Shown here: positions 9,544 through 18,631 of the stretch, piece by piece
Layout of the letters: each line of letters begins with the position of its first letter
How positions within the stretch are numbered: position 1 is the stretch's first letter
From: an uncultured virus (IMG/VR IMGVR_UViG_3300025809_000009)
Lineage: Duplodnaviria; Heunggongvirae; Uroviricota; Caudoviricetes
Virus record (IMG/VR): IMGVR_UViG_3300025809_000009
Direction: 5' to 3' (one strand)
DNA length: 64,000 nucleotides
Program-made: the position numbers and the translations under genes
Notes under the pieces: model-generated
The model's database searches: none
What the model was told of the DNA's origin: nothing
What the model saw: the letters and a program-made list of their open reading frames with translations, nothing else

Positions 9544-10619
9544 GACAATAATTTTTTATATTTTTCTATAACAATTGGGTTTGTTGGTGAATACTTGTTT
9601 AGTACTTGGGCTGATTTTTCCTTGTACTGTTGTAGGTTTTTGCTATGGTTCGTTATGGCATTTTTTATAGCTTTTGCGGCTAAATTAGTGTCGTAATCTG
9701 GGTAAAAATAACCCGCTTCTTTTATGTATTCTGAATTATGTACCAGTGGTATGTTGAAGTATAAGGCTTCGAGGTATGTGTAGTTCAGTCCGTTTAGCAA
9801 TTGATGGGATACTACTAAATCGCATTCGTGGGAGAAGATTTCTGCAACCTTTTTTCTTTTTGCGAAGAATATTTTTTTATGTTTAAATATGTTTAGTTTA
9901 TTAATTAAGGTTTTGAAATAGAGCTTGTCTATTAATTTTGCACTGCAATAAACATTTATATCTTTTTCAAGCTCTTTTCCATTTTGATTAAAAAATTCTT
10001 CTAACGCCATAATCGACGGAAGGCAATGCTTTGTTATGTTTAGGTTGGGCTCTAATATTGCTATGTGTTTTTTATCTTTTTCATTATAAAAGCAGCTTTT
10101 ATTTATTGAGTTCCATATTTTTTCGTGAATTTTTACATACTTTGGAGACCATATATAAGGTAGCTCAAAAACCTTTTCTGTTTTGTAATAGGTTTTAAAG
10201 TATTCGAATGATATTTCATAGTGCGGCGAGATCCAGACTTCATCGACTTCGTCTGGATTCACTGATATGTGATCGTTCCAGCTACATCTTTCGATATCTG
10301 CAAGCATTGAATTGCCGTATAATATGTGAACGTTCTTGCATTTGGGGTTTGATTTTTTTATAAAATTTATCTTATTAGTATTAATCATCCATGCAGTATT
10401 TAATATAAAAGATATATCTTCACAATATTCTAATAATTCATCTTCTTCTATGATTAATATATCAGCTGGGGGATCAATGCATTCTTCTATTTTGTGATTT
10501 ATGGCAATAATTGGAGTAAAGCCAATACCTTTTAATAGTTCAGCAAGGAACACTATATTTTGCTGTAGTCCGTTACTGAATAACCCGTTTTTATAATTGG
10601 CAGTAAGCAATATATTCAT
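9540..10619 (-). CDS. DUF2827-like putative GT-B glycosyltransferase
   Basis: LFSNGLQQNIVFL, LPYIWSP, ILEPNLNITKHCLP, VVSHQLLNGLNYTYLEALY..PLVHNS..GYFYP. Confidence 0.75.
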   Translation of the reverse strand: MNILLTANYKNGLFSNGLQQNIVFLAELLKGIGFTPIIAINHKIEECIDPPADILIIEEDELLEYCEDISFILNTAWMINTNKINFIKKSNPKCKNVHILYGNSMLADIERCSWNDHISVNPDEVDEVWISPHYEISFEYFKTYYKTEKVFELPYIWSPKYVKIHEKIWNSINKSCFYNEKDKKHIAILEPNLNITKHCLPSIMALEEFFNQNGKELEKDINVYCSAKLIDKLYFKTLINKLNIFKHKKIFFAKRKKVAEIFSHECDLVVSHQLLNGLNYTYLEALYFNIPLVHNSEYIKEAGYFYPDYDTNLAAKAIKNAITNHSKNLQQYKEKSAQVLNKYSPTNPIVIEKYKKLLS

Positions 10620-10626
10620 CGCATTT

Positions 10627-10634
10627 TATTACAC
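10627..10634 (-). promoter_or_regulatory. Putative late promoter motif GTGTAATA
   Basis: Starts 15 nt upstream of the ATG at 10619. Confidence 0.6.
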
Positions 10635-10649
10635 AGCAATTTTCAATAT

Positions 10650-13235
10650 TTATTCAAAAATTACGAAACTAGCGGGATTTAATGTGGATGTGTTAGCGGA
10701 TCTATTTAATTTATCCAAATTGAAAACATAATTTCCGTCCGAGTCAGTTACCCCGCTCGAATTGCACACTGCGAATTTATTATTTAAGTCGTAGGTATTG
10801 TTTAATTGTACCCCGTCCGAGTAGGACTGGTATGTATAGGCGGTGCCTCCGTTTGGTGCGGACCCGCCTTCGGATATATTTTCAAATATAAGGTTATTTG
10901 GGTTTGAGACTGTTGTTCCTATATCTGCTAGCCCAGCCCCAAGACTATTTGGCGAAGCGGAGATAGTTCTAGAAGAAAAGCCGGCTAATTTATAAGTTGG
11001 GTTTGATGATATTGATGTTGTTGTTATATTAGCAAGGTTTGTTGCAGAAACTTGCCAATTGAAGGTGCCTTTTGTATCTAAATCAGATACTGTTATCGTA
11101 TAGGAATTACTATTTTTGCCTGTACCTGATGAATTTTGATTTAGGCTCGAGGGGTTTATTTGGTTAGAGTCTGTGGATAATGTTGGGTTTGACAGCATTA
11201 ATTGAGAGCTTGACATATAAAACTGGTCAGATACTCCATTAGGTGAGCTAGATAAAGATGATGCTAAATTGTTTATAGATAAGGTAAGGGGTGAGTTTGC
11301 AATATTTACTATTTTGAAAGATTCTGTCGTGGCTCCGTTGGATGATTTTGTTGCGCTGATTTTTAAATTATTAACTCCGCCGTCCCCTTCTACATTGTAA
11401 CCCCCAGCTAAATAATCCGCATTTTTATTTTGTTCGTATGTGGATGTGTTTGATATACTTAATTGGCTATTAGGGGAAGAGTAAGTTATGGAGTCAAAAT
11501 TTGTTACATTATTGCTTATCGAGGTGGACTCACTTGATTTAATGGCTTGCTGTGAGGCTGGATACGTTATAGAGTTTATTGATATAACCGGTATCGTTCC
11601 ATTGTTAATTTCGGCAGTACCCGTTGTTGTTGCTGTATCGCTAATTGTACCAAAGTTATTCCTGGCCTTAAATGTTACAGCTTGTTCTCCATCTCTAGAT
11701 GAATTCCCTAGCGCCCCATAAACATCAATTGGTACTAAAAATTCAAAACTGCCATCAGCTAGGGTACTTTTTGAGTATGAGGATGAGTACGATGTTTGAG
11801 ATCCATTCGATAGACCTTGGCTTAGTACAGATATTGATATATCATTTATTGAAACCCCGTTTCCGTCGATAAATATTTTTGAATCAACTACGTCTCCAGC
11901 TTTAACTTCTGACGTTCCTATTTGATTTGGGGAGGTTGCAGAAGAGGCTTGTTTACTTAGTTCTGAGCCGGTTATGACTGGACCATTGGCAATTTTTACT
12001 TTTACAAAATCTTCATCTGTTGCGCCGTTTCCTGTTCTGTATGCGTAAATTTTTACATTATCTGAATTATTATATATACCGTTTAAGTAGGAGACTGTTT
12101 TATTTTGCTCGAAGGTGTTTAAGTTAGAAATAGAAATATCACTAGAAAGAGTTTCGTATTCCATAAAATCTATCGAGCTGTTCCAGTTGCTTATATTATT
12201 ATAAAATGATACGCTTTCGCTCTCTCTTAATCCATCTGATCTTCCATTATAGGAGGTTGGGTCAGATGAGGAGATATTCGGATAAGTCTGATCTAAGTCT
12301 CTTGTTCCGCTATTGTTAGAAAAAGAATCAGATCTAATCGCGTCCCCTGTTGATCCAAAGCCATTAACAGCCTGAACCGCAACTCCGTGGACGCCAACTC
12401 TGCTTGAAACGATTGTTGGTATAGTTGCCCTGTAGAAGCCGCCGTGGTTCACAAGGTTGTAATTAGAGAAATTGGAACCCTGAGATAGCCCAGAATTTAA
12501 AATTTTTATTGAGGATACATCACTCGTATTAAAATCAGCATAGATATTAATTTGGTCACCCTGCTTTAAGTGTGTGGAGCCAAGCAGTTCTCCAACTTTG
12601 GGCGTAGCGTTGCCAATTGAGTCTATTGAGAGATTAATGGCTTCAGGGCCTGCCCCTAGTTCTTTAATGGATATTAGCGTTTTTCTATCATTCGCCTCTC
12701 CGGTTATGAAATTTAAACCTTCTGCGTTGAAATTATCCAAAAAACCTTTAAACCTTCTAGTGTGTTGGCCTAATTCTTCTATATTTGAAAGAGGAATTTG
12801 TTGCCCGTTTACAAAAGCTTCTCCCATGTAGTCGTCGTTTGGGCCGTCCCACCTTAATTCTACCCTTAGGTTTTCTGCAGAGGCAACTGTTGCGCCTGAT
12901 AGATATAAGTCTGGATTTACTGTTTCATAAAATGTTTTATCTGTGACCCCATTATTATCCGAGACATTTGAGAAAAATAAAAATTCGGCAGAACCCGATA
13001 TAGTTTGCTGTATTGAAGTTCCAAGTTTTGAGACATCGACTCCTCCAAGTGTTAAGCCGCTGGCAAAATTACCGCTATTAAATTCTACATCATCTGAGGT
13101 TCTGACGTTTTGATCCATTGAGACTGATAGGCCTCCAAAATATAAGTTATCAAAAACGCCAGTAGCCCAAGCTTTGTCAAGCCTGCCTACTCCGCCTTCT
13201 CCACTATTTCTTGGTACTAAATTCCTTGTAGCCAT
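10650..13235 (-). CDS. Ser/Asn-rich virion-associated protein with repeated beta-sandwich-like domains
   Basis: Internal duplication (LKQGDQINIY / VKAGDVVDSK; ISNLNTFEQNKTVSYL / ISNTSTYEQNKNADYL). N-terminal PRxSGEGG motif is shared with the fibre at 2001. Confidence 0.5.
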   Translation of the reverse strand: MATRNLVPRNSGEGGVGRLDKAWATGVFDNLYFGGLSVSMDQNVRTSDDVEFNSGNFASGLTLGGVDVSKLGTSIQQTISGSAEFLFFSNVSDNNGVTDKTFYETVNPDLYLSGATVASAENLRVELRWDGPNDDYMGEAFVNGQQIPLSNIEELGQHTRRFKGFLDNFNAEGLNFITGEANDRKTLISIKELGAGPEAINLSIDSIGNATPKVGELLGSTHLKQGDQINIYADFNTSDVSSIKILNSGLSQGSNFSNYNLVNHGGFYRATIPTIVSSRVGVHGVAVQAVNGFGSTGDAIRSDSFSNNSGTRDLDQTYPNISSSDPTSYNGRSDGLRESESVSFYNNISNWNSSIDFMEYETLSSDISISNLNTFEQNKTVSYLNGIYNNSDNVKIYAYRTGNGATDEDFVKVKIANGPVITGSELSKQASSATSPNQIGTSEVKAGDVVDSKIFIDGNGVSINDISISVLSQGLSNGSQTSYSSSYSKSTLADGSFEFLVPIDVYGALGNSSRDGEQAVTFKARNNFGTISDTATTTGTAEINNGTIPVISINSITYPASQQAIKSSESTSISNNVTNFDSITYSSPNSQLSISNTSTYEQNKNADYLAGGYNVEGDGGVNNLKISATKSSNGATTESFKIVNIANSPLTLSINNLASSLSSSPNGVSDQFYMSSSQLMLSNPTLSTDSNQINPSSLNQNSSGTGKNSNSYTITVSDLDTKGTFNWQVSATNLANITTTSISSNPTYKLAGFSSRTISASPNSLGAGLADIGTTVSNPNNLIFENISEGGSAPNGGTAYTYQSYSDGVQLNNTYDLNNKFAVCNSSGVTDSDGNYVFNLDKLNRSANTSTLNPASFVIFE

Positions 13236-13241
13236 TACTTA

Positions 13242-13249
13242 TATTACAC
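13242..13249 (-). promoter_or_regulatory. Putative late promoter motif GTGTAATA
   Basis: Starts 14 nt upstream of the ATG at 13235. Confidence 0.6.
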
Positions 13250-13257
13250 GAATATTA

Positions 13258-14469
13258 TCAAAAAGATATATCTTTAGTAAATGCTTCTGGGCCAGTGTCG
13301 TATCTCCACACATTAGCTCTTAGCTCTAGGTCGCCATCTGCTTTTAATATCCACATCGGATCGGAAATAAAAGGGTGGTTTGTTGGGACTATATCTCCAA
13401 ACTCATCCTCTTCAAAAGCTTCTTCAAGCAAGAATCTTTGCTCTTTATAGTTTCCAGAGACCAGAGATGTTCCGGTGTTGGAGTTTATGTTGTTTATTCT
13501 TTCTTCTAGATTTTCTATATGTTCGTGGAGATGTAACCCTGTAGATATCAAATCCCCGCTCAGAGAATCTACATGCTGCTGGAGATGTAACCCTGTAGAT
13601 ATCAAATCCCCGCTTAGGGAATCTATATGTTGCTGGAGATGTAATCCTGTAGATATGAAATCCCCACTCAGGGAATCTATATGTTCGTGAAGATGTAATC
13701 CTGTAGATATCAAATCCCCACTCAGGGAATCTATATGTTCGTGAAGACGTAATCCTGTAGATATCAAATCCCCACTCAGGGAATCTATATGTTCGTGAAG
13801 ATGTAATCCTGTAGATATCAAATCCCCACTCAGGGAATCTATATGTTCGTGAAGATGTAATCCTGTAGATATCAAATCCCCACCAACCTTGATTAGCGAT
13901 TCAGCTATATTGATTCCGCTTACATAAAACGCTTGACTCGACCCTTTCTCAGAGTAAAAAGTTTCTCCCGATATATCCTGAAAGATTCCGGTTTGTAGTA
14001 CTAAGTTGTCTATAAAGGAATTTTCTGTAAAACCACTAGCAGAGCGAAATACTTCTCCCGATATATCCTGAAAGATTCCGGTTTGTAGTACTAAGTTGTC
14101 TATAAAGGAATTTTCTGTAAAACCACTAGCAGAGCGAAATACTTCTCCCGATATATCCTGAAAGATTCCGGTTTGTAGTACTAAGTTGTCTATAAAGGAA
14201 TTTTCTGTAAAACCACTAGCAGAGCGAAATACTTCTCCCGATATATCCTGAAAGATTCCGGTTTGTAGTACTAAGTTATCTATAAAGGAATTTTCTGTAA
14301 AACCACTAATCGCAGTCGAACTGTCAGACAGAACATTTTTGAACTGACCTATTTCGGTCTGTATTTTTTTTCCCTCGATTAAAACAAGAGGGTCTAGCGC
14401 TTGCTTTCCTATTACATATTTATCTTGTCCTATTTTTTTAATAGGATGACTTATCTCGAAGAAGTCCAT
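13258..14469 (-). CDS. Repeat-rich putative fibre/structural protein
   Basis: Four 30-aa repeats and seven His-rich 18-aa repeats. Confidence 0.5.
   Translation of the reverse strand: MDFFEISHPIKKIGQDKYVIGKQALDPLVLIEGKKIQTEIGQFKNVLSDSSTAISGFTENSFIDNLVLQTGIFQDISGEVFRSASGFTENSFIDNLVLQTGIFQDISGEVFRSASGFTENSFIDNLVLQTGIFQDISGEVFRSASGFTENSFIDNLVLQTGIFQDISGETFYSEKGSSQAFYVSGINIAESLIKVGGDLISTGLHLHEHIDSLSGDLISTGLHLHEHIDSLSGDLISTGLRLHEHIDSLSGDLISTGLHLHEHIDSLSGDFISTGLHLQQHIDSLSGDLISTGLHLQQHVDSLSGDLISTGLHLHEHIENLEERINNINSNTGTSLVSGNYKEQRFLLEEAFEEDEFGDIVPTNHPFISDPMWILKADGDLELRANVWRYDTGPEAFTKDISF
13505..13882 (-). repeat. 54-nt coding tandem repeat x7 (GDLISTGLHLHEHIDSLS)
   Basis: Directly visible in DNA and protein. 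Confidence 0.95.
13963..14307 (-). repeat. 90-nt coding tandem repeat x4 (SGFTENSFIDNLVLQTGIFQDISGEVFRSA)
   Basis: aaccact recurs at 14031, 14121, 14211 and 14301. Confidence 0.95.
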
Positions 14470-16232
14470 TATTTAGCCTTCATGGTATCTCCCTCAATCT
14501 TCCACAGGCTAAAGTCTGTATCAAAAGGAGGTTCTCCATGTATTGGGATAAGATAATTGCCTTTAGTCTCCCATACGCTAAATTCAGAATCGGGATCTTC
14601 CGGAAGCTCTTCAACTGGGAGAATGGAGTCTTTGTGGGAATTGCTTTTTTGCGGCTTTTCGATTTCCCATAGATTAAAATTGTTCGTGGGGACAACATCG
14701 TAAACACCCGTATCCTTGTAGGTTAAAGAATAGGTAACCGTGAAACCTGAGATTGTGTGTGGTCTTTTTATAAAAATACCTCCAGCCTCATCGTTTTGTA
14801 TTTTTACCGCCATGTCCGACTCCAGGTATATTATATCTTTATTTAACGGAGAAACAAGCTCTCTATTGTCGTATCTTCTGTTTTTTGCAGTGTGAAACTG
14901 AATCGGATAGGGGGAGTGGTTAAAAATAGTGACATGGTCAAGCAGTCCCCTTTTATACATTTCATTAAAATCTTCGAGCTCGTAAGAGTTTATCAAGCTA
15001 GCTCCTACGTTTTCCTGTCTAATCCCAAACATAGTATCAGTATGAAAACATTCTGTTTTATCTACGCCCCTATTTGGGTCTGTATATTCTGCATGTATAA
15101 AGTAATCCGGATGAAACTCTTCTGGCGTATTCGCGTTCATTCTTCCATTGTTAAAATAAGTTCCGTATATATCATCAAACAAGCTTCTGTCTGTGCCGTA
15201 ACTCTGCCCTGTAGAATACCCGTATCTATGATGATCTGGGATGTTCTCAAGCAATATAAAATCTTCTTCTATTTTTTGGTTTACGGTTTTAGTTTTTAAT
15301 TTCCACTGTTGGGATAATTGCCTTGATCTAGGGATTCCATTTTCGCATACATTTAAGGTTCCTCCTACGTTATCTAATTTACCTATTACGGCATTCAGTA
15401 ACCTATGGGTTTCTCCATCGTGATCTAAATCGACCCCTTTTCGAATCCCTGATAATTGACGAGAAATGCCAGAAAGTAATTCGTGGGTTTGTACATCATG
15501 ATCGAAATCAACCCCTATATGTATGTCCGCAAGCTCCCCTGAGATGCCAGAAAGCAACCTGTGTGTCTCTGTGTCGTGATCAAAGTCAACGCCTATATGT
15601 ATGTTGGAAAGTTCTCCAGACAACCCAGAAAGCAACCTGTGTGTCTCTGTGTCGTGATCAAAGTCAACCCCTATATGTATATTAGAAAGTTCTCCAGACA
15701 ACCCAGAAAGCAACCTGTGAGTCTCTGTATCGTGGTCTAAGTCAACCCCTATATGTATATTAGAAAGCTCTTCAGACAACCCCGAAAGTAGTCGATGGGT
15801 CTCTATATCATTATTATTGCCTAGGGCGCCAGATATTCCTGATAGTAGCCTGTGGGTTTCTCCATCATTATTATTTCCTAATGATCCAGATATTCCCGAT
15901 AGTAGCCTATGGGTTTCTCCATCGTTATTATTTCCTAATGATCCAGATATGCCTGATAGTAGTCTATGGGATTCCGTATCTTGGTCTAGGTTTACCCCGA
16001 TATTTATATCGCTTAGGGCCCCCGTAAAACCTTGTATGGTTCCTGATATCCCAAGCAATATCTTGTGAGTATCGCTTAAGTCGATGTAACCACTGAATAT
16101 ATCTGACTGGGGCTCCCAACGCCCCGAGTCATGACTCCAGCTGTAATTAAAAGAAGGGGACGGTGATAAATGATCAAGCTTCGTTATATCAGTGTATAAC
16201 GGATTGTTTTTAAAATCTTCTGGGTTCTTCAT
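14469..16232 (-). CDS. Repeat-containing putative structural protein
   Basis: Nine THRLLSG-type repeats in the N-terminal half; preceded by the late motif. Confidence 0.5.
   Translation of the reverse strand: MKNPEDFKNNPLYTDITKLDHLSPSPSFNYSWSHDSGRWEPQSDIFSGYIDLSDTHKILLGISGTIQGFTGALSDINIGVNLDQDTESHRLLSGISGSLGNNNDGETHRLLSGISGSLGNNNDGETHRLLSGISGALGNNNDIETHRLLSGLSEELSNIHIGVDLDHDTETHRLLSGLSGELSNIHIGVDFDHDTETHRLLSGLSGELSNIHIGVDFDHDTETHRLLSGISGELADIHIGVDFDHDVQTHELLSGISRQLSGIRKGVDLDHDGETHRLLNAVIGKLDNVGGTLNVCENGIPRSRQLSQQWKLKTKTVNQKIEEDFILLENIPDHHRYGYSTGQSYGTDRSLFDDIYGTYFNNGRMNANTPEEFHPDYFIHAEYTDPNRGVDKTECFHTDTMFGIRQENVGASLINSYELEDFNEMYKRGLLDHVTIFNHSPYPIQFHTAKNRRYDNRELVSPLNKDIIYLESDMAVKIQNDEAGGIFIKRPHTISGFTVTYSLTYKDTGVYDVVPTNNFNLWEIEKPQKSNSHKDSILPVEELPEDPDSEFSVWETKGNYLIPIHGEPPFDTDFSLWKIEGDTMKAK
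15380..15990 (-). repeat. Composite coding repeat of 57-nt (19 aa) and 78-nt (26 aa) units
   Basis: NNNDGETHRLLSGISGSLG and DHDTETHRLLSGLSGELSNIHIGVDF units share the core ETHRLLSG. Confidence 0.9.
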
Positions 16233-16241
16233 GCCAGAAGT

Positions 16242-16249
16242 TATTACAC
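16242..16249 (-). promoter_or_regulatory. Putative late promoter motif GTGTAATA
   Basis: Starts 17 nt upstream of the ATG at 16232. Confidence 0.6.
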
Positions 16250-16256
16250 CGAAATT

Positions 16257-16601
16257 TTAGTCTCTATCTAGAGGATGTTTGACTCCCCTTCTTTTTGAGC
16301 TATATTCTTTAAAGAATTTTTTTTGTATTGGGTCGTAACCGCACTTATCTTTTCTTTTTTGACTTAATTCCTTACTCTTGTCTAGAAAATCTCCGTAGGT
16401 ACCTTTTTTGTTATTGGTCTTATCCTTAAATGCCTGTTTGTCGAACGGGTCAATCTCTGCATCTATTGATGTTTGAGGGGAATGGAAGACCCTGTTCCAT
16501 TTTAATCCAGAGTCATCTACATAAATATGCTTATCGTTCATTGATTGTATTAAGTCGATAGTTTTTCCGTTTTCTGGGTGCTCGTATGTATATAGAGGCA
16601 T
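16257..16601 (-). CDS. FmdB-like small protein (zinc-ribbon family start, Cys ligands absent)
   Basis: MPLYTYEHP...DLIQSM...WNRVFHSP follows the MPxYxY...RxxS pattern. Confidence 0.45.
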   Translation of the reverse strand: MPLYTYEHPENGKTIDLIQSMNDKHIYVDDSGLKWNRVFHSPQTSIDAEIDPFDKQAFKDKTNNKKGTYGDFLDKSKELSQKRKDKCGYDPIQKKFFKEYSSKRRGVKHPLDRD

Positions 16602-17656
16602 TATTCTAGTATCCTTTCTAGTGTGTTCTTGTATGTGAATTTGTTCCTAAGTTTGATACCTTCATTGTTCTCGTTTCTGCAAATTGATTCAGCCTTTTCC
16701 ATTGCGGATACAAACTCTTCTTCATCAAAGGTATACATGCTTCCCTGGTTAAACGCAGCCCCTTTATGGAAGAACATGTTGTCGTATATTTCTTCTTTTC
16801 CGTCTGGCTCTACTAATATGCAGTTTTCTTTGGTCGCCCAATCTTTATGGCTCGTTGAGTTAAGTACGATACTCCACTTGCCCAAACAGGATGCGTTAAA
16901 AGAAGGAAGGTTCCAGCCCTCCGCTCCGCTCATTCCTCCTATATCAATATCTATAGAGTTCAAGAAGTCATTTACTTGTGCGTTTTGCGGTAGGAACGGA
17001 AGGAAGTTTATATTTCCATAAGCCTTTCCTCCCAACGTTTCTCTCAAGATAGATTCCATTTGCTCTTTTTTGAAAAACGGGTTGGTTACGCAACATGTTA
17101 GTTGGTAGTTATAGTTGTTTCCGTATTTCTTTATCCAGGCTTTTATTAACTTGGCTGTGTGTTTTCTTTTTTCAAACTTTCCCATTAATCCAAAGTGGAT
17201 CTTGTTTCCCATGTAGGGCTTGTCTGTTTTGAAAAACGTTTCATCAAAACCTAGCGGCGCAAAGCTGCTGCCCGGGAATTTATCCGAAGCATAAGAGCTA
17301 CTAAACACAAGCTTATCCTGCATGGATCCAAGATTAATCTCACTGCCTGTAGGTTTATCGAGCTCAAAAAAGGTATAAAGTATTTGTTTTCTACTTATCC
17401 TGTTTTCAGAGCCGTTTAGATGCCACATTTGCAATGTTGTTGTGTCTTTGTTTAATTTTGTAAACCTGTTGTTTATGGAGTCTTCTAGCCAGTTTTTGAA
17501 TTCCTCGCTCTGTTCTCCAAACGAGTTAATATCAACCTTGCCAATAGGAAATAGAGCCAAGTCTATACCTTTTTTGAAAATTTCCCTAAGTATGTTAAAG
17601 GAAACGTTACCGAAGGACAAAGAGTTTAGCGGGGCTTTGAATATTAATTTGTTCAT
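16601..17656 (-). CDS. GT-B (GT4-like) glycosyltransferase
   Basis: FAPLGFD, MGKFEKRKH, MSGAEGWNLPSFNASCLGK, FTYKN. Confidence 0.8.
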   Translation of the reverse strand: MNKLIFKAPLNSLSFGNVSFNILREIFKKGIDLALFPIGKVDINSFGEQSEEFKNWLEDSINNRFTKLNKDTTTLQMWHLNGSENRISRKQILYTFFELDKPTGSEINLGSMQDKLVFSSSYASDKFPGSSFAPLGFDETFFKTDKPYMGNKIHFGLMGKFEKRKHTAKLIKAWIKKYGNNYNYQLTCCVTNPFFKKEQMESILRETLGGKAYGNINFLPFLPQNAQVNDFLNSIDIDIGGMSGAEGWNLPSFNASCLGKWSIVLNSTSHKDWATKENCILVEPDGKEEIYDNMFFHKGAAFNQGSMYTFDEEEFVSAMEKAESICRNENNEGIKLRNKFTYKNTLERILE

Positions 17657-18036
17657 CAGAATGGAATGTCCGCAAATTCATCTTCTTCGATTGGTGCGGA
17701 TTGCTGTTGGTTGTTGCTTGATTCTTGATTCTCGCTAGATTTATCCAAGAAGGTTACTAGGTCGGCTATACAAAACAACTTACTTCTAGTCTCTCCGCTC
17801 TTGGAGTTCCAGGTGTTTAATTGAAGCCTCCCTTCTACTAGAACCTTCCTTCCCTTACTGAGGAACCTTGCGCAATTTTCTGCAGACTTATTCCATGTCT
17901 CTACATCAACAAATGTAACAGAGTCGTTAACTTTATTATTTATGGCTATGCTAAATACACAAACCGACTTTCCTGATTTAATCTCTTTAAGCTCTGGATC
18001 TTTCGTTAGATTGCCTAGCCCTATGAACTTATTCAA
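17656..18036 (-). CDS. ssb: Single-stranded DNA-binding protein
   Basis: MNKFIGLGNLTKDPELK...LSKGRKVLVEGRLQ with acidic tail EEDEFADIPF. Confidence 0.95.
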   Translation of the reverse strand: MNKFIGLGNLTKDPELKEIKSGKSVCVFSIAINNKVNDSVTFVDVETWNKSAENCARFLSKGRKVLVEGRLQLNTWNSKSGETRSKLFCIADLVTFLDKSSENQESSNNQQQSAPIEEDEFADIPF

Positions 18037-18631
18037 AACTTAACTCCCCTTTCAATTCTTCTTGGACGTGAACAACCGCTGAGTTGTGAATGTTTATGCA
18101 GCCTTGTATACTTAATTTCATTTTGTTTCCTATGTCTTTCCATGCCATAACTTTGTTTTTTGTTCCTATAATATATCTCATTTTAAATATTTTTTCAACT
18201 CTTTTGTCGGGGTGATGCTTGATGATTGATAAAACTTTATCAAACATGTCTCTCTTTAGTGATTCAGCCATATTCTCTTCGTTAAAATTTGGGTTTTCGG
18301 GCATATTTTCTATATATTCAGAGTTGAACACCGGCTTTCTTTTGTTTTTATTGTAAGTGTTCAGGCAAGACCATTTAGTTTCGTTCCCCAGGTAAGTGCT
18401 GAATTTAGCACCTCTACTTTCGTCAAAATTAAGCGCCGCTAGGTATATCTTGTACTCCTTGTCTTTTACCAGCTCAGACCTGTCTATGTAGGGGTTGCCG
18501 TTTGATGAGTAGGCATTAACCATGTCTAGATAAATACCGCTATGTCTTTCGACTAAATTTTGCAAATTCTCCTCAACGTTCTTATCCTCCTTGATTTCGT
18601 TTATTATTTCTAAATCAGATAAATTATTCAT
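18029..18631 (-). CDS. Phage-encoded sigma70-family RNA polymerase sigma factor (regions 2 and 4)
   Basis: AALNFDESRGAKFSTYL (region 2.3-2.4); IFKMRY...MAWKDIGNKMKLSIQGCINIH (region 4 HTH). Confidence 0.85.
   Translation of the reverse strand: MNNLSDLEIINEIKEDKNVEENLQNLVERHSGIYLDMVNAYSSNGNPYIDRSELVKDKEYKIYLAALNFDESRGAKFSTYLGNETKWSCLNTYNKNKRKPVFNSEYIENMPENPNFNEENMAESLKRDMFDKVLSIIKHHPDKRVEKIFKMRYIIGTKNKVMAWKDIGNKMKLSIQGCINIHNSAVVHVQEELKGELSFE

Noticed and set aside
2350..15423. Overlapping or antisense ORFs such as 2350..2799, 5478..5906, 13475..13690 and 14892..15299
   Set aside because: Shadow frames of real genes, often kept open by the repeats; no recognisable motifs.
2388..15990. Tandem repeats as CRISPR arrays
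   Set aside because: Units are contiguous, in frame within ORFs and lack unique spacers; no cas genes seen.
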